This document shows, piece after piece, positions 53,266-64,000 of a stretch of DNA of 64,000 bases. Under the pieces are notes generated by a model that was not told the DNA's origin, searched no databases, and saw only the letters and a list, made by a program, of their open reading frames with translations. Numbering within the stretch: position 1 is the stretch's first letter; each line of letters begins with the position of its first letter. A program made the translations under genes and the position numbers. The stretch covers positions 229,303-293,302 of the forward strand of contig CBFFRP010000078.1 of assembly GCA_965644295.1 (NCBI GenBank). The letters are read 5' to 3'. Origin of the DNA: Paraphysomonas bandaiensis. Lineage: Eukaryota > Protista > Chrysophyceae.

Positions 53266-53542
53266 CATACATACATACATACATACATACATACATACAT
53301 ACATACATACATACATACATACATACATACATACATACATACATACATACATACATACATACATACATACATACATACATACATACATACATACATACAT
53401 ACATACATACATACATACATACATACATACATACATACATACATACATACATACATACATACATACATACATACATACATACATACATACATACATACAT
53501 ACATACATACATACATACATACATACATACATACATACATAC
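53236..53542. repeat. (ACAT)n microsatellite, ~300 bp
   Basis: Direct observation. Confidence 0.97.
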
Positions 53543-55521
53543 ACTAGGAACTCTTTGGAATCAACTCTGAAACTATTTGGAAGAAATAAACAACACTGGA
53601 AATAAAGAAGGAAGTCAGTCCTTAATGAGTTCACTCCAGATTTTGTTATTCTTTTGAATAAGGTATATATATCTTATAATGTTATTCAATAGTAATATTT
53701 GTTGATGCAGGACGAAACAATACCGTCAGGCGTGCAGATGAGAGAGTTGTTCGTCAAGACGGTGGAGCTCTCCTGGAATCGTAAAGATGCTGAAAGGATA
53801 AGAAGAGAGCTGGCACAACTCTCGAAGGCGAGGACAATGACACTAACAGCAACGCCAACCAATGGTAGTTATCTTGGTCCGATTGATTTTCTGTTATCCA
53901 TGCAAGTTCTATTTGTTTTATACATATGTTGTTACTATATTATACACGTTAGTTATAATGACGTTGTCAGTGTCAGTTTTAAATTCACAACTTTGTTTAT
54001 TACAATTGACTAATAATTATCACATGATCTAACTGTAAGATACATTTAATCTTGCATGTAATCACAGATATATTGAATGGGATCTAACTACACAAACAAC
54101 TGAAATGTAGTGTGTGTTGTACATATAACATATTGGCAACATATTGTAATAAACTAAATATACAACATACACATTACACATTCAACTTCAAAATTGGGTT
54201 AACAGAAACTCACTTCTATCTTAATTATCAATTATGATATTGGCAGTCATATGTATAGATATCGCTATATTACACAATTATAGAGAAACCACAATGATGA
54301 GTCAACTATCAAGAGGAGTTCATCAAACACTCCAAGTCATCATCCATCTTTCGTCTTATGTGGAAGATAATGATGATGTCAGTGCATGCGATCTATCTTC
54401 ATAATATGGACTTCGAAACAAATTCAAGAATATTACAGGAGAGTTTAAGTGCCATATCTGATGCTGTATAGGAAGTTAAGGGCAGTAACACCCAGCTCTT
54501 TCAACCCAGCTTTTTCAAGGTGTCCGTCACCACGTCGTGCGTATCAGGATTGTGCGCCTCATCTTACTACCATTCAAATCAAGTGCACTCGCAGAGGTTG
54601 AGCGTGTTTATATAAATGTGATGATGATGCTAATCAAGGCAATAAAAAGCATCGTGCTTGAAACATTTGATACGTAATTCGAAAACGCGTTCTGAATTTC
54701 TTGCCTGATGCAGTGTGACATGGTATATAATACAATACCAAAAGTCATACCTTCACAAGTTGTGGGATCTCTTACCCTTGTATTCCTCAGCAGGAGTCCC
54801 CATGGTGTGTTATCGTAGCCAATCCGTTCGTAGACATTTCTTCTTGCAAAGATACGATCCTAACTGGACGCTGGAGATTGCTTCATGAGCTGTTTGATCA
54901 AGGATGTCCTGCACAGACAACTTTCGGGACAATGCACTCACACATGAAATATCATGCTATCAACTTTACACAGTCACTTGTGACTTATGTCAGTCTTAAT
55001 GCTTTGCTTCGCAGTATATTCAGTGAGATCCAGCGAGCAGAATTCAAAATTCTAAAAAAAAATCGCTGTTTTTGTCTTTTGTCTTTCTGTGTGTACTATA
55101 ACTTCAGCTCCATTTGCACCCGACAAAAAACAATTTTGATGAAAAAAAATGTCTTTTGTCGTTTTGTCTTTTGTCTCCACTATAATTTGTGGCCTTACAT
55201 TGCTACCGTAATATAGAAATAGCAGGTTTTTATGAGTTTCCTTATTTTGGAGTGTTTTTTAGACACACTACATCGCAAAATATACCACGTTTTAGTAAAC
55301 GGTCGAAATCGTGCTAATTGTAAACCACAATCTACATTATTCTATTATACAGTTCAGTACCGTATTATACAGCTCAGTATTGTGTAGTACAGTGTATTTA
55401 TAGGCTAGTGCTGTTATCGCCATAGCTTGGTGTCTAAAAGTGTCCATAACTATAGCGGTTAACACAGTATCAGTATTAAGCAATTTGAGCTATTTCACAT
55501 TTCAATTGAATTACTATCATC

Positions 55522-57099
55522 GTGATGGAAGACTTGTGCTTGGTAGTGCAAGGTCAGCAGGAACGAAATATTCTAAATTCTTCAATGAGAGACTATTTGA
55601 GCCGCTGCCGAACTATGACCAGACTCATCAATGACATTGAGGGGTTACGTGAAGTGGCTCTTGATGTCGATGAGACTGGAGTGGCAAGGAAACATACTGG
55701 ACTAGCCAAAGATGTTCTCAAACTGAAACTTCCAATGGCAGTACAAACAGCTAAACTCTTGTTCGCAAAAATTTCTGTAGACACCACATTACCAAAGAAG
55801 CGGAAACACGGTGGGCAAGACCCAGTGGAGAACCTTGATGATCCTGCTGTAGTTGACACTCACAACCCTGCTGCAAATAAAGTAACGGTTAGTGCACAGA
55901 CTTATCAAAACTATAAGTCAGCCCTTAAATGGTGGCACTGTTACGATCGTCCTGACATGGACAAAATAGGATCACCATGGCCAGGTGGAATGGACGAAGC
56001 CCTAAAAAAATCTATATCAAGTTACAAACGAGACATAGCAAGCAAGAAAAGAGCCGGCATTATGCGACAGAAAGAAGGAAAGGAGGCCTACAATCTCAAT
56101 GGCTACATCGAAATTAATAAGGCTTTCGCTAGGATGAGGCCCACTGGAAAGCAACGAACTTGGGATGAAGGAGTATTTGCCAGTCTGTTCACAGTATTAT
56201 CTGTTTCAACTATTGGAAGGAGTGATAATGTTGATGATCGACTATTCACTGATCCTATTGTGTACGATGCACTCAAAGATAAACCTATTCTATGCTTTGG
56301 TGAGTGTGAGAAGAGTAATATGTACGCTACGGGAGTTCCTGCTTTGATTCTTGTGTCCAGAGAAATCAGACAGATTAGTGAACAATTTGAAGCGGAAAGA
56401 AATACCTGTCGTAATGACATTCGCGAGTTTAAAGAGACAGTGATGCATCAAATTGATGCAATGCGGACTGGTATGCCACAAGATTTGGTACGTGTGCTAA
56501 CAGAGCGATTTGAAGTGAATGGCGTCATTCCATTAAGTCGAAGTGACGTAACGGCTTGTATAAATGAAATTCTCAGTCATCCAGAAGGCAATTTAATGGT
56601 ATTAACGAGATGTGTAAAAGAATTAACTAATTCTGGTCGCGTGCAAACTACGGCAGATGATGAAAGAAGCAGCGACAATTCAGGTGAATTAAAATCTCGT
56701 AATATTCATGTTTGGGAAGGTAGCCCTAATCTACATAGAGTACCTAAAGGATTTAAATTTCCCAGCTATGTAGTAGGTACAATGTGGAATCTATGGTTCT
56801 TGGGAAACCGGAGAGAGAACATTGGTCCATATAGATTCATTGCACCATCAGTGGATCTAGTAACCAGAGCCTGCAGAAATAACTTTAGCCGTTGCAAAAA
56901 AGTTATGTCAAAACTACTTGACATAGCTATCCACGACAACAAAATCACTCGGGCACAAGATATAACAAGGGACAACGAACAAGAAGTGTACGATTCTGCC
57001 TACACTAAGTTGCTACAGGATCTGTACGATGTCTACCCTAAACGACCCGCTACAATTAATATAAATACCATAGCCAACAAAATAAAAATTAGAAAGTAA
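55522..57099 (+). CDS. Crypton (CryptonS-like) protein lacking most of the tyrosine-recombinase catalytic domain, copy 1
   Basis: TYQNYKSALKWW, YKRDIASKKRAGIMRQKEGK, FTVLSVSTIGRSDNV, ATGVP, C-terminal HRVPKGFKFPS...MWNLWFLGN...IGPYR; no HxxR, GW or Y box. Confidence 0.75.
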   Translation: MMEDLCLVVQGQQERNILNSSMRDYLSRCRTMTRLINDIEGLREVALDVDETGVARKHTGLAKDVLKLKLPMAVQTAKLLFAKISVDTTLPKKRKHGGQDPVENLDDPAVVDTHNPAANKVTVSAQTYQNYKSALKWWHCYDRPDMDKIGSPWPGGMDEALKKSISSYKRDIASKKRAGIMRQKEGKEAYNLNGYIEINKAFARMRPTGKQRTWDEGVFASLFTVLSVSTIGRSDNVDDRLFTDPIVYDALKDKPILCFGECEKSNMYATGVPALILVSREIRQISEQFEAERNTCRNDIREFKETVMHQIDAMRTGMPQDLVRVLTERFEVNGVIPLSRSDVTACINEILSHPEGNLMVLTRCVKELTNSGRVQTTADDERSSDNSGELKSRNIHVWEGSPNLHRVPKGFKFPSYVVGTMWNLWFLGNRRENIGPYRFIAPSVDLVTRACRNNFSRCKKVMSKLLDIAIHDNKITRAQDITRDNEQEVYDSAYTKLLQDLYDVYPKRPATININTIANKIKIRK

Positions 57100-57149
57100 G
57101 ATATCAGCAAGCTTCAATTAATTTGAAAAAAGTAATAATAATCAAACAA

Positions 57150-58049
57150 TAATAAAAGCTGCACAACACACACATACACACCTTACACTCTCAGCGTAAA
57201 CACAATGCTCTTCACTCTAGTTATACACTCATGCCTCAGGATCATACGGACTATGCATCAGAGGCTTCTCTTATATATTGCTGGATATATAATGCCATTA
57301 ATAATACACAGCACACTGCATCGTACTATACTTACTTCATTGTGACCTCAAATGACAGGATGAATGGTATATCATATATATAATATATGTTCAGGGATGC
57401 TGCAGTAGTTCCGTACTGTAAGCTACAGTTAGCACCTCCACATATGACCATCTCACTATGGGGACATCATACCATCATTCACACCTCATCAATCAATAAT
57501 AAAGCAACACAATACACACATACACACCTTACACTCTCAGCGTAAACACAATGCTCTTCACTCTAGTTATACACTCATGCCTCAGGATCATACGGACTAT
57601 GTATCAGAGACTCCTCTTATATATTGCTGGATATATAATGCCATCAATAATACACAGCACACTGCATCGTACTATACTTACTTCATTGTGACCTCAAATG
57701 ACAGGATGAATGGTATATCATATATATAATATATGTTCAGGGATGCTGCAGTAGTTCCGTACTGTAAGCTACAGTTAGCACCTCCACATATGATCATCTC
57801 ACTATGGGGACATCATACCATCATTCACACCTCATCAATCAATAATAAAGCAACACAACACACACATACACACCTTACACTCTCAGCGTAAACACAATGC
57901 TCTTCACTCTAGTTATACACTCATGCCTCAGGATCATACGGACTATGTATCAGAGGCTCCTCTTATATATTGCTGGATATATATTGCCATCAATAATACA
58001 CAGCACACTGCATCGTACTATACTTACTTCATTGTGACCTCAAATGACC
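57150..58049. repeat. 346-bp tandem repeat, ~2.6 copies (unit 1)
   Basis: ccttacactctcagcg at 57181, 57527, 57873. Confidence 0.95.
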
Positions 58050-58657
58050 ACATGGCACTGTATCGTATTCTACTTACTTCACTGTGAGGTTAAATGACAG
58101 GATGACGTATATCGTATTCATATATAGATATGGTTCTATAACAGCTAGATTCTATATATATATATACATATGGTTCATCCTGCACTGTACAATCCCATAC
58201 ACTACTGCTGTACTGTACAATCCTATATGTATTGCTCCTATACAATCCTACAGTGATTTAAAAGTAGCATATTTCCCCTATACAGAAACAACAGTCGAAT
58301 TGTACGTGGATTTTCATATGAACCATAAACGAAACATCAAAAAACATGTTATCACAATAGCACACAGCCATATTTTGTAACGGCTGAGTAGCATAAAAGT
58401 ACGAGTTTTAGTAAACGGTCGAAATCGTGCTAATTGTAAACCACAATCTACATTATTCTATTATACAGATCAGTATTCTATTATACAGTTCAGTACCGTA
58501 TTATACAGCTCAGTATTGTGTAGTACAGTGTATTTATAGGCTAGTGCTGTTATCGCCATAGCTTGATGTCTAAAAGTGTCCATAACTATAGCGGTTAACA
58601 CAGTATCAGTATTAAGCAATTTGAGCTATTTCACATTTCAATTGAATTACTATCATC

Positions 58658-59897
58658 GTGATGGAAGACTTGTGCTTGGTAGTGCAAGGTCAGCAGGAAC
58701 GAAATATTCTAAATTCTTCAATGAGAGACTATTTGAGCCGCTGCCGAACTATGACCAGACTCATCAATGACATTGAGGGGTTACGTGAAGTGGCTCTTGA
58801 TGTCGATGAGACTGGAGTGGCAAGGAAACATACTGGACTAGCCAAAGATGTTCTCAAACTGAAACTTCCAATGGCAGTACAAACAGCTAAACTCTTGTTC
58901 GCAAAAATTTCTGTAGACACCACATTACCAAAGAAGCGGAAACACGGTGGGCAAGACCCAGTGGAGAACCTTGATGATCCTGCTGTAGTTGACACTCACA
59001 ACCCTGCTGCAAATAAAGTAACGGTTAGTGCACAGACTTATCAAAACTATAAGTCAGCCCTTAAATGGTGGCACTGTTACGATCGTCCTGACATGGACAA
59101 AATAGGATCACCATGGCCAGGTGGAATGGACGAAGCCCTAAAAAAATCTATATCAAAAAAAAAAATATATGGCTAGTGAACAATTTGAAGCGGAAAGAAA
59201 TACCTGTCGTAATGACATTCGCGAGTTTAAAGAGACAGTGATGCATCAAATTGATGCAATGCGGACTGGTATGCCACAAGATTTGGTACGTGTGCTAACA
59301 GAGCGATTTGAAGTGAATGGCGTCATTCCATTAAGTCGAAGTGACGTAACGGCTTGTATAAATGAAATTCTCAGTCATCCAGAAGGCAATTTAATGGTAT
59401 TAACGAGATGTGTAAAAGAATTAACTAATTCTGGTCGCGTGCAAACTACGGCAGATGATGAAAGAAGCAGCGACAATTCAGGTGAATTAAAATCTCGTAA
59501 TATTCATGTTTGGGAAGGTAGCCCTAATCTACATAGAGTACCTAAAGGATTTAAATTTCCCAGCTATGTAGTAGGTACAATGTGGAATCTATGGTTCTTG
59601 GGAAACCGGAGAGAGAACATTGGTCCATATAGATTCATTGCACCATCAGTGGATCTAGTAACCAGAGCCTGCAGAAATAACTTTAGCCGTTGCAAAAAAG
59701 TTATGTCAAAACTACTTGACATAGCTATCCACGACAACAAAATCACTCGGGCACAAGATATAACAAGGGACAACGAACAAGAAGTGTACGATTCTGCCTA
59801 CACTAAGTTGCTACAGGATCTGTACGATGTCTACCCTAAACGACCCGCTACAATTAATATAAATACCATAGCCAACAAAATAAAAATTAGAAAGTAA
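58658..59897 (+). pseudogene. Copy 2 of the Crypton-derived gene, split by a deletion with filler DNA into 172-aa and 242-aa ORFs
   Basis: Net loss of 338 bp relative to copy 1; filler A-run plus tatatggc near 59155-59173. Confidence 0.85.
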
Positions 59898-59947
59898 GAT
59901 ATCAGCAAGCTTCAATTAATTTGAAAAAAGTAATAATAATCAAACAA

Positions 59948-60847
59948 TAATAAAAGCTGCACAACACACACATACACACCTTACACTCTCAGCGTAAACA
60001 CAATGCTCTTCACTCTAGTTATACACTCATGCCTCAGGATCATACGGACTATGCATCAGAGGCTTCTCTTATATATTGCTGGATATATAATGCCATTAAT
60101 AATACACAGCACACTGCATCGTACTATACTTACTTCATTGTGACCTCAAATGACAGGATGAATGGTATATCATATATATAATATATGTTCAGGGATGCTG
60201 CAGTAGTTCCGTACTGTAAGCTACAGTTAGCACCTCCACATATGACCATCTCACTATGGGGACATCATACCATCATTCACACCTCATCAATCAATAATAA
60301 AGCAACACAATACACACATACACACCTTACACTCTCAGCGTAAACACAATGCTCTTCACTCTAGTTATACACTCATGCCTCAGGATCATACGGACTATGT
60401 ATCAGAGACTCCTCTTATATATTGCTGGATATATAATGCCATTAATAATACACAGCACACTGCATCGTACTATACTTACTTCATTGTGACCTCAAATGAC
60501 AGGATGAATGGTATATCATATATATAATATATGTTCAGGGATGCTGCAGTAGTTCCGTACTGTAAGCTACAGTTAGCACCTCCACATATGATCATCTCAC
60601 TATGGGGACATCATACCATCATTCACACCTCATCAATCAATAATAAAGCAACACAACACACACATACACACCTTACACTCTCAGCGTAAACACAATGCTC
60701 TTCACTCTAGTTATACACTCATGCCTCAGGATCATACGGACTATGTATCAGAGGCTCCTCTTATATATTGCTGGATATATATTGCCATCAATAATACACA
60801 GCACACTGCATCGTACTATACTTACTTCATTGTGACCTCAAATGACC
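59948..60847. repeat. 346-bp tandem repeat, ~2.6 copies (unit 2)
   Basis: Same as unit 1. Confidence 0.95.
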
Positions 60848-61455
60848 ACATGGCACTGTATCGTATTCTACTTACTTCACTGTGAGGTTAAATGACAGGA
60901 TGACGTATATCGTATTCATATATAGATATGGTTCTATAACAGCTAGATTCTATATATATATATACATATGGTTCATCCTGCACTGTACAATCCCATACAC
61001 TACTGCTGTACTGTACAATCCTATATGTATTGCTCCTATACAATCCTACAGTGATTTAAAAGTAGCATATTTCCCCTATACAGAAACAACAGTCGAATTG
61101 TACGTGGATTTTCATATGAACCATAAACGAAACATCAAAAAACATGTTATCACAATAGCACACAGCCATATTTTGTAACGGCTGAGTAGCATAAAAGTAC
61201 GAGTTTTAGTAAACGGTCGAAATCGTGCTAATTGTAAACCACAATCTACATTATTCTATTATACAGTTCAGTATTCTATTATACAGTTCAGTACCGTATT
61301 ATACAGCTCAGTATTGTGTAGTACAGTGTATTTATAGGCTAGTGCTGTTATCGCCATAGCTTGGTGTCTAAAAGTGTCCATAACTATAGCGGTTAACACA
61401 GTATCAGTATTAAGCAATTTGAGCTATTTCACATTTCAATTGAATTACTATCATC

Positions 61456-63033
61456 GTGATGGAAGACTTGTGCTTGGTAGTGCAAGGTCAGCAGGAACGA
61501 AATATTCTAAATTCTTCAATGAGAGACTATTTGAGCCGCTGCCGAACTATGACCAGACTCATCAATGACATTGAGGGGTTACGTGAAGTGGCTCTTGATG
61601 TCGATGAGACTGGAGTGGCAAGGAAACATACTGGACTAGCCAAAGATGTTCTCAAACTGAAACTTCCAATGGCAGTACAAACAGCTAAACTCTTGTTCGC
61701 AAAAATTTCTGTAGACACCACATTACCAAAGAAGCGGAAACACGGTGGGCAAGACCCAGTGGAGAACCTTGATGATCCTGCTGTAGTTGACACTCACAAC
61801 CCTGCTGCAAATAAAGTAACGGTTAGTGCACAGACTTATCAAAACTATAAGTCAGCCCTTAAATGGTGGCACTGTTACGATCGTCCTGACATGGACAAAA
61901 TAGGATCACCATGGCCAGGTGGAATGGACGAAGCCCTAAAAAAATCTATATCAAGTTACAAACGAGACATAGCAAGCAAGAAAAGAGCCGGCATTATGCG
62001 ACAGAAAGAAGGAAAGGAGGCCTACAATCTCAATGGCTACATCGAAATTAATAAGGCTTTCGCTAGGATGAGGCCCACTGGAAAGCAACGAACTTGGGAT
62101 GAAGGAGTATTTGCCAGTCTGTTCACAGTATTATCTGTTTCAACTATTGGAAGGAGTGATAATGTTGATGATCGACTATTCACTGATCCTATTGTGTACG
62201 ATGCACTCAAAGATAAACCTATTCTATGCTTTGGTGAGTGTGAGAAGAGTAATATGTACGCTACGGGAGTTCCTGCTTTGATTCTTGTGTCCAGAGAAAT
62301 CAGACAGATTAGTGAACAATTTGAAGCGGAAAGAAATACCTGTCGTAATGACATTCGCGAGTTTAAAGAGACAGTGATGCATCAAATTGATGCAATGCGG
62401 ACTGGTATGCCACAAGATTTGGTACGTGTGCTAACAGAGCGATTTGAAGTGAATGGCGTCATTCCATTAAGTCGAAGTGACGTAACGGCTTGTATAAATG
62501 AAATTCTCAGTCATCCAGAAGGCAATTTAATGGTATTAACGAGATGTGTAAAAGAATTAACTAATTCTGGTCGCGTGCAAACTACGGCAGATGATGAAAG
62601 AAGCAGCGACAATTCAGGTGAATTAAAATCTCGTAATATTCATGTTTGGGAAGGTAGCCCTAATCTACATAGAGTACCTAAAGGATTTAAATTTCCCAGC
62701 TATGTAGTAGGTACAATGTGGAATCTATGGTTCTTGGGAAACCGGAGAGAGAACATTGGTCCATATAGATTCATTGCACCATCAGTGGATCTAGTAACCA
62801 GAGCCTGCAGAAATAACTTTAGCCGTTGCAAAAAAGTTATGTCAAAACTACTTGACATAGCTATCCACGACAACAAAATCACTCGGGCACAAGATATAAC
62901 AAGGGACAACGAACAAGAAGTGTACGATTCTGCCTACACTAAGTTGCTACAGGATCTGTACGATGTCTACCCTAAACGACCCGCTACAATTAATATAAAT
63001 ACCATAGCCAACAAAATAAAAATTAGAAAGTAA
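61456..63033 (+). CDS. Crypton-derived protein, copy 3 (same translation as copy 1)
   Basis: Identical 525-aa translation. Confidence 0.75.
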   Translation: MMEDLCLVVQGQQERNILNSSMRDYLSRCRTMTRLINDIEGLREVALDVDETGVARKHTGLAKDVLKLKLPMAVQTAKLLFAKISVDTTLPKKRKHGGQDPVENLDDPAVVDTHNPAANKVTVSAQTYQNYKSALKWWHCYDRPDMDKIGSPWPGGMDEALKKSISSYKRDIASKKRAGIMRQKEGKEAYNLNGYIEINKAFARMRPTGKQRTWDEGVFASLFTVLSVSTIGRSDNVDDRLFTDPIVYDALKDKPILCFGECEKSNMYATGVPALILVSREIRQISEQFEAERNTCRNDIREFKETVMHQIDAMRTGMPQDLVRVLTERFEVNGVIPLSRSDVTACINEILSHPEGNLMVLTRCVKELTNSGRVQTTADDERSSDNSGELKSRNIHVWEGSPNLHRVPKGFKFPSYVVGTMWNLWFLGNRRENIGPYRFIAPSVDLVTRACRNNFSRCKKVMSKLLDIAIHDNKITRAQDITRDNEQEVYDSAYTKLLQDLYDVYPKRPATININTIANKIKIRK

Positions 63034-63083
63034 GATATCAGCAAGCTTCAATTAATTTGAAAAAAGTAATAATAATCAAACAA

Positions 63084-63983
63084 TAATAAAAGCTGCACAA
63101 CACACACATACACACCTTACACTCTCAGCGTAAACACAATGCTCTTCACTCTAGTTATACACTCATGCCTCAGGATCATACGGACTATGCATCAGAGGCT
63201 TCTCTTATATATTGCTGGATATATAATGCCATTAATAATACACAGCACACTGCATCGTACTATACTTACTTCATTGTGACCTCAAATGACAGGATGAATG
63301 GTATATCATATATATAATATATGTTCAGGGATGCTGCAGTAGTTCCGTACTGTAAGCTACAGTTAGCACCTCCACATATGACCATCTCACTATGGGGACA
63401 TCATACCATCATTCACACCTCATCAATCAATAATAAAGCAACACAATACACACATACACACCTTACACTCTCAGCGTAAACACAATGCTCTTCACTCTAG
63501 TTATACACTCATGCCTCAGGATCATACGGACTATGTATCAGAGACTCCTCTTATATATTGCTGGATATATAATGCCATCAATAATACACAGCACACTGCA
63601 TCGTACTATACTTACTTCATTGTGACCTCAAATGACAGGATGAATGGTATATCATATATATAATATATGTTCAGGGATGCTGCAGTAGTTCCGTACTGTA
63701 AGCTACAGTTAGCACCTCCACATATGATCATCTCACTATGGGGACATCATACCATCATTCACACCTCATCAATCAATAATAAAGCAACACAACACACACA
63801 TACACACCTTACACTCTCAGCGTAAACACAATGCTCTTCACTCTAGTTATACACTCATGCCTCAGGATCATACGGACTATGTATCAGAGGCTCCTCTTAT
63901 ATATTGCTGGATATATATTGCCATCAATAATACACAGCACACTGCATCGTACTATACTTACTTCATTGTGACCTCAAATGACC
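63084..63983. repeat. 346-bp tandem repeat, ~2.6 copies (unit 3)
   Basis: Same as unit 1. Confidence 0.95.
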
Positions 63984-64000
63984 ACATGGCACTGTATCGT

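Larger units (their letters stand above)
50516..55194. mobile_element. Composite of two inverted PIF/Harbinger relics
   Basis: tta|ggccactaattat ... ataatttgtggcc|tta; gacaaaa subterminal arrays; 50516-51055 is homologous to the reverse complement of 54657-55194. Confidence 0.8.
55289..64000 (+). mobile_element. Head-to-tail tandem array of Crypton-derived units (starts 55289, 58405, 61203; runs past the window end)
   Basis: Near-identical units of 3116 and 2798 bp plus an incomplete third, each starting gttttagtaaacggtcgaaatcg. Confidence 0.9.

Noticed and set aside
52945-53634. MYVC/YIHT ORFs here and at 41058-41648
   Set aside because: Translations of (TATG)n microsatellites
57150-58049. 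CRISPR-like or guide-RNA array downstream of the ORF
   Set aside because: Monomers are near-identical over their full 346 bp, with no unique spacers

Overview
Eukaryotic nuclear DNA with short GT-AG introns. Gene content (stramenopile-type phosphagen kinase, plant-type MAPKKs, CryptonS-like ORF) suggests a stramenopile, probably an ochrophyte or chrysophyte-like protist (inference). Positions 1-50.3 kb hold about 15 host genes: a PH-domain/Pro-rich protein, two adjacent MAPKKs, an SGNH-hydrolase-like protein, Hsp104/ClpB, a head-to-head paralog pair of which only one has an AP2-like domain, HEATR3/Syo1, a CHTOP/FoP-like protein, ITPK1 and a myristoylated phosphagen kinase. These are interspersed with hAT, Harbinger-like and TA-targeting MITEs, a foldback element and 5'-truncated copies of a retroposon-like family. 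Positions 50.5-55.2 kb are an inverted composite of two PIF/Harbinger relics with TTA at both outer ends. From 55.3 kb to the window end is a head-to-tail array of at least 3 nearly identical ~3.1-kb units. Each encodes a Crypton-derived protein that appears to lack the tyrosine-recombinase catalytic core through an in-frame deletion, and carries a 346-bp internal tandem repeat. All family assignments come from motif recognition by eye; no database search was run.
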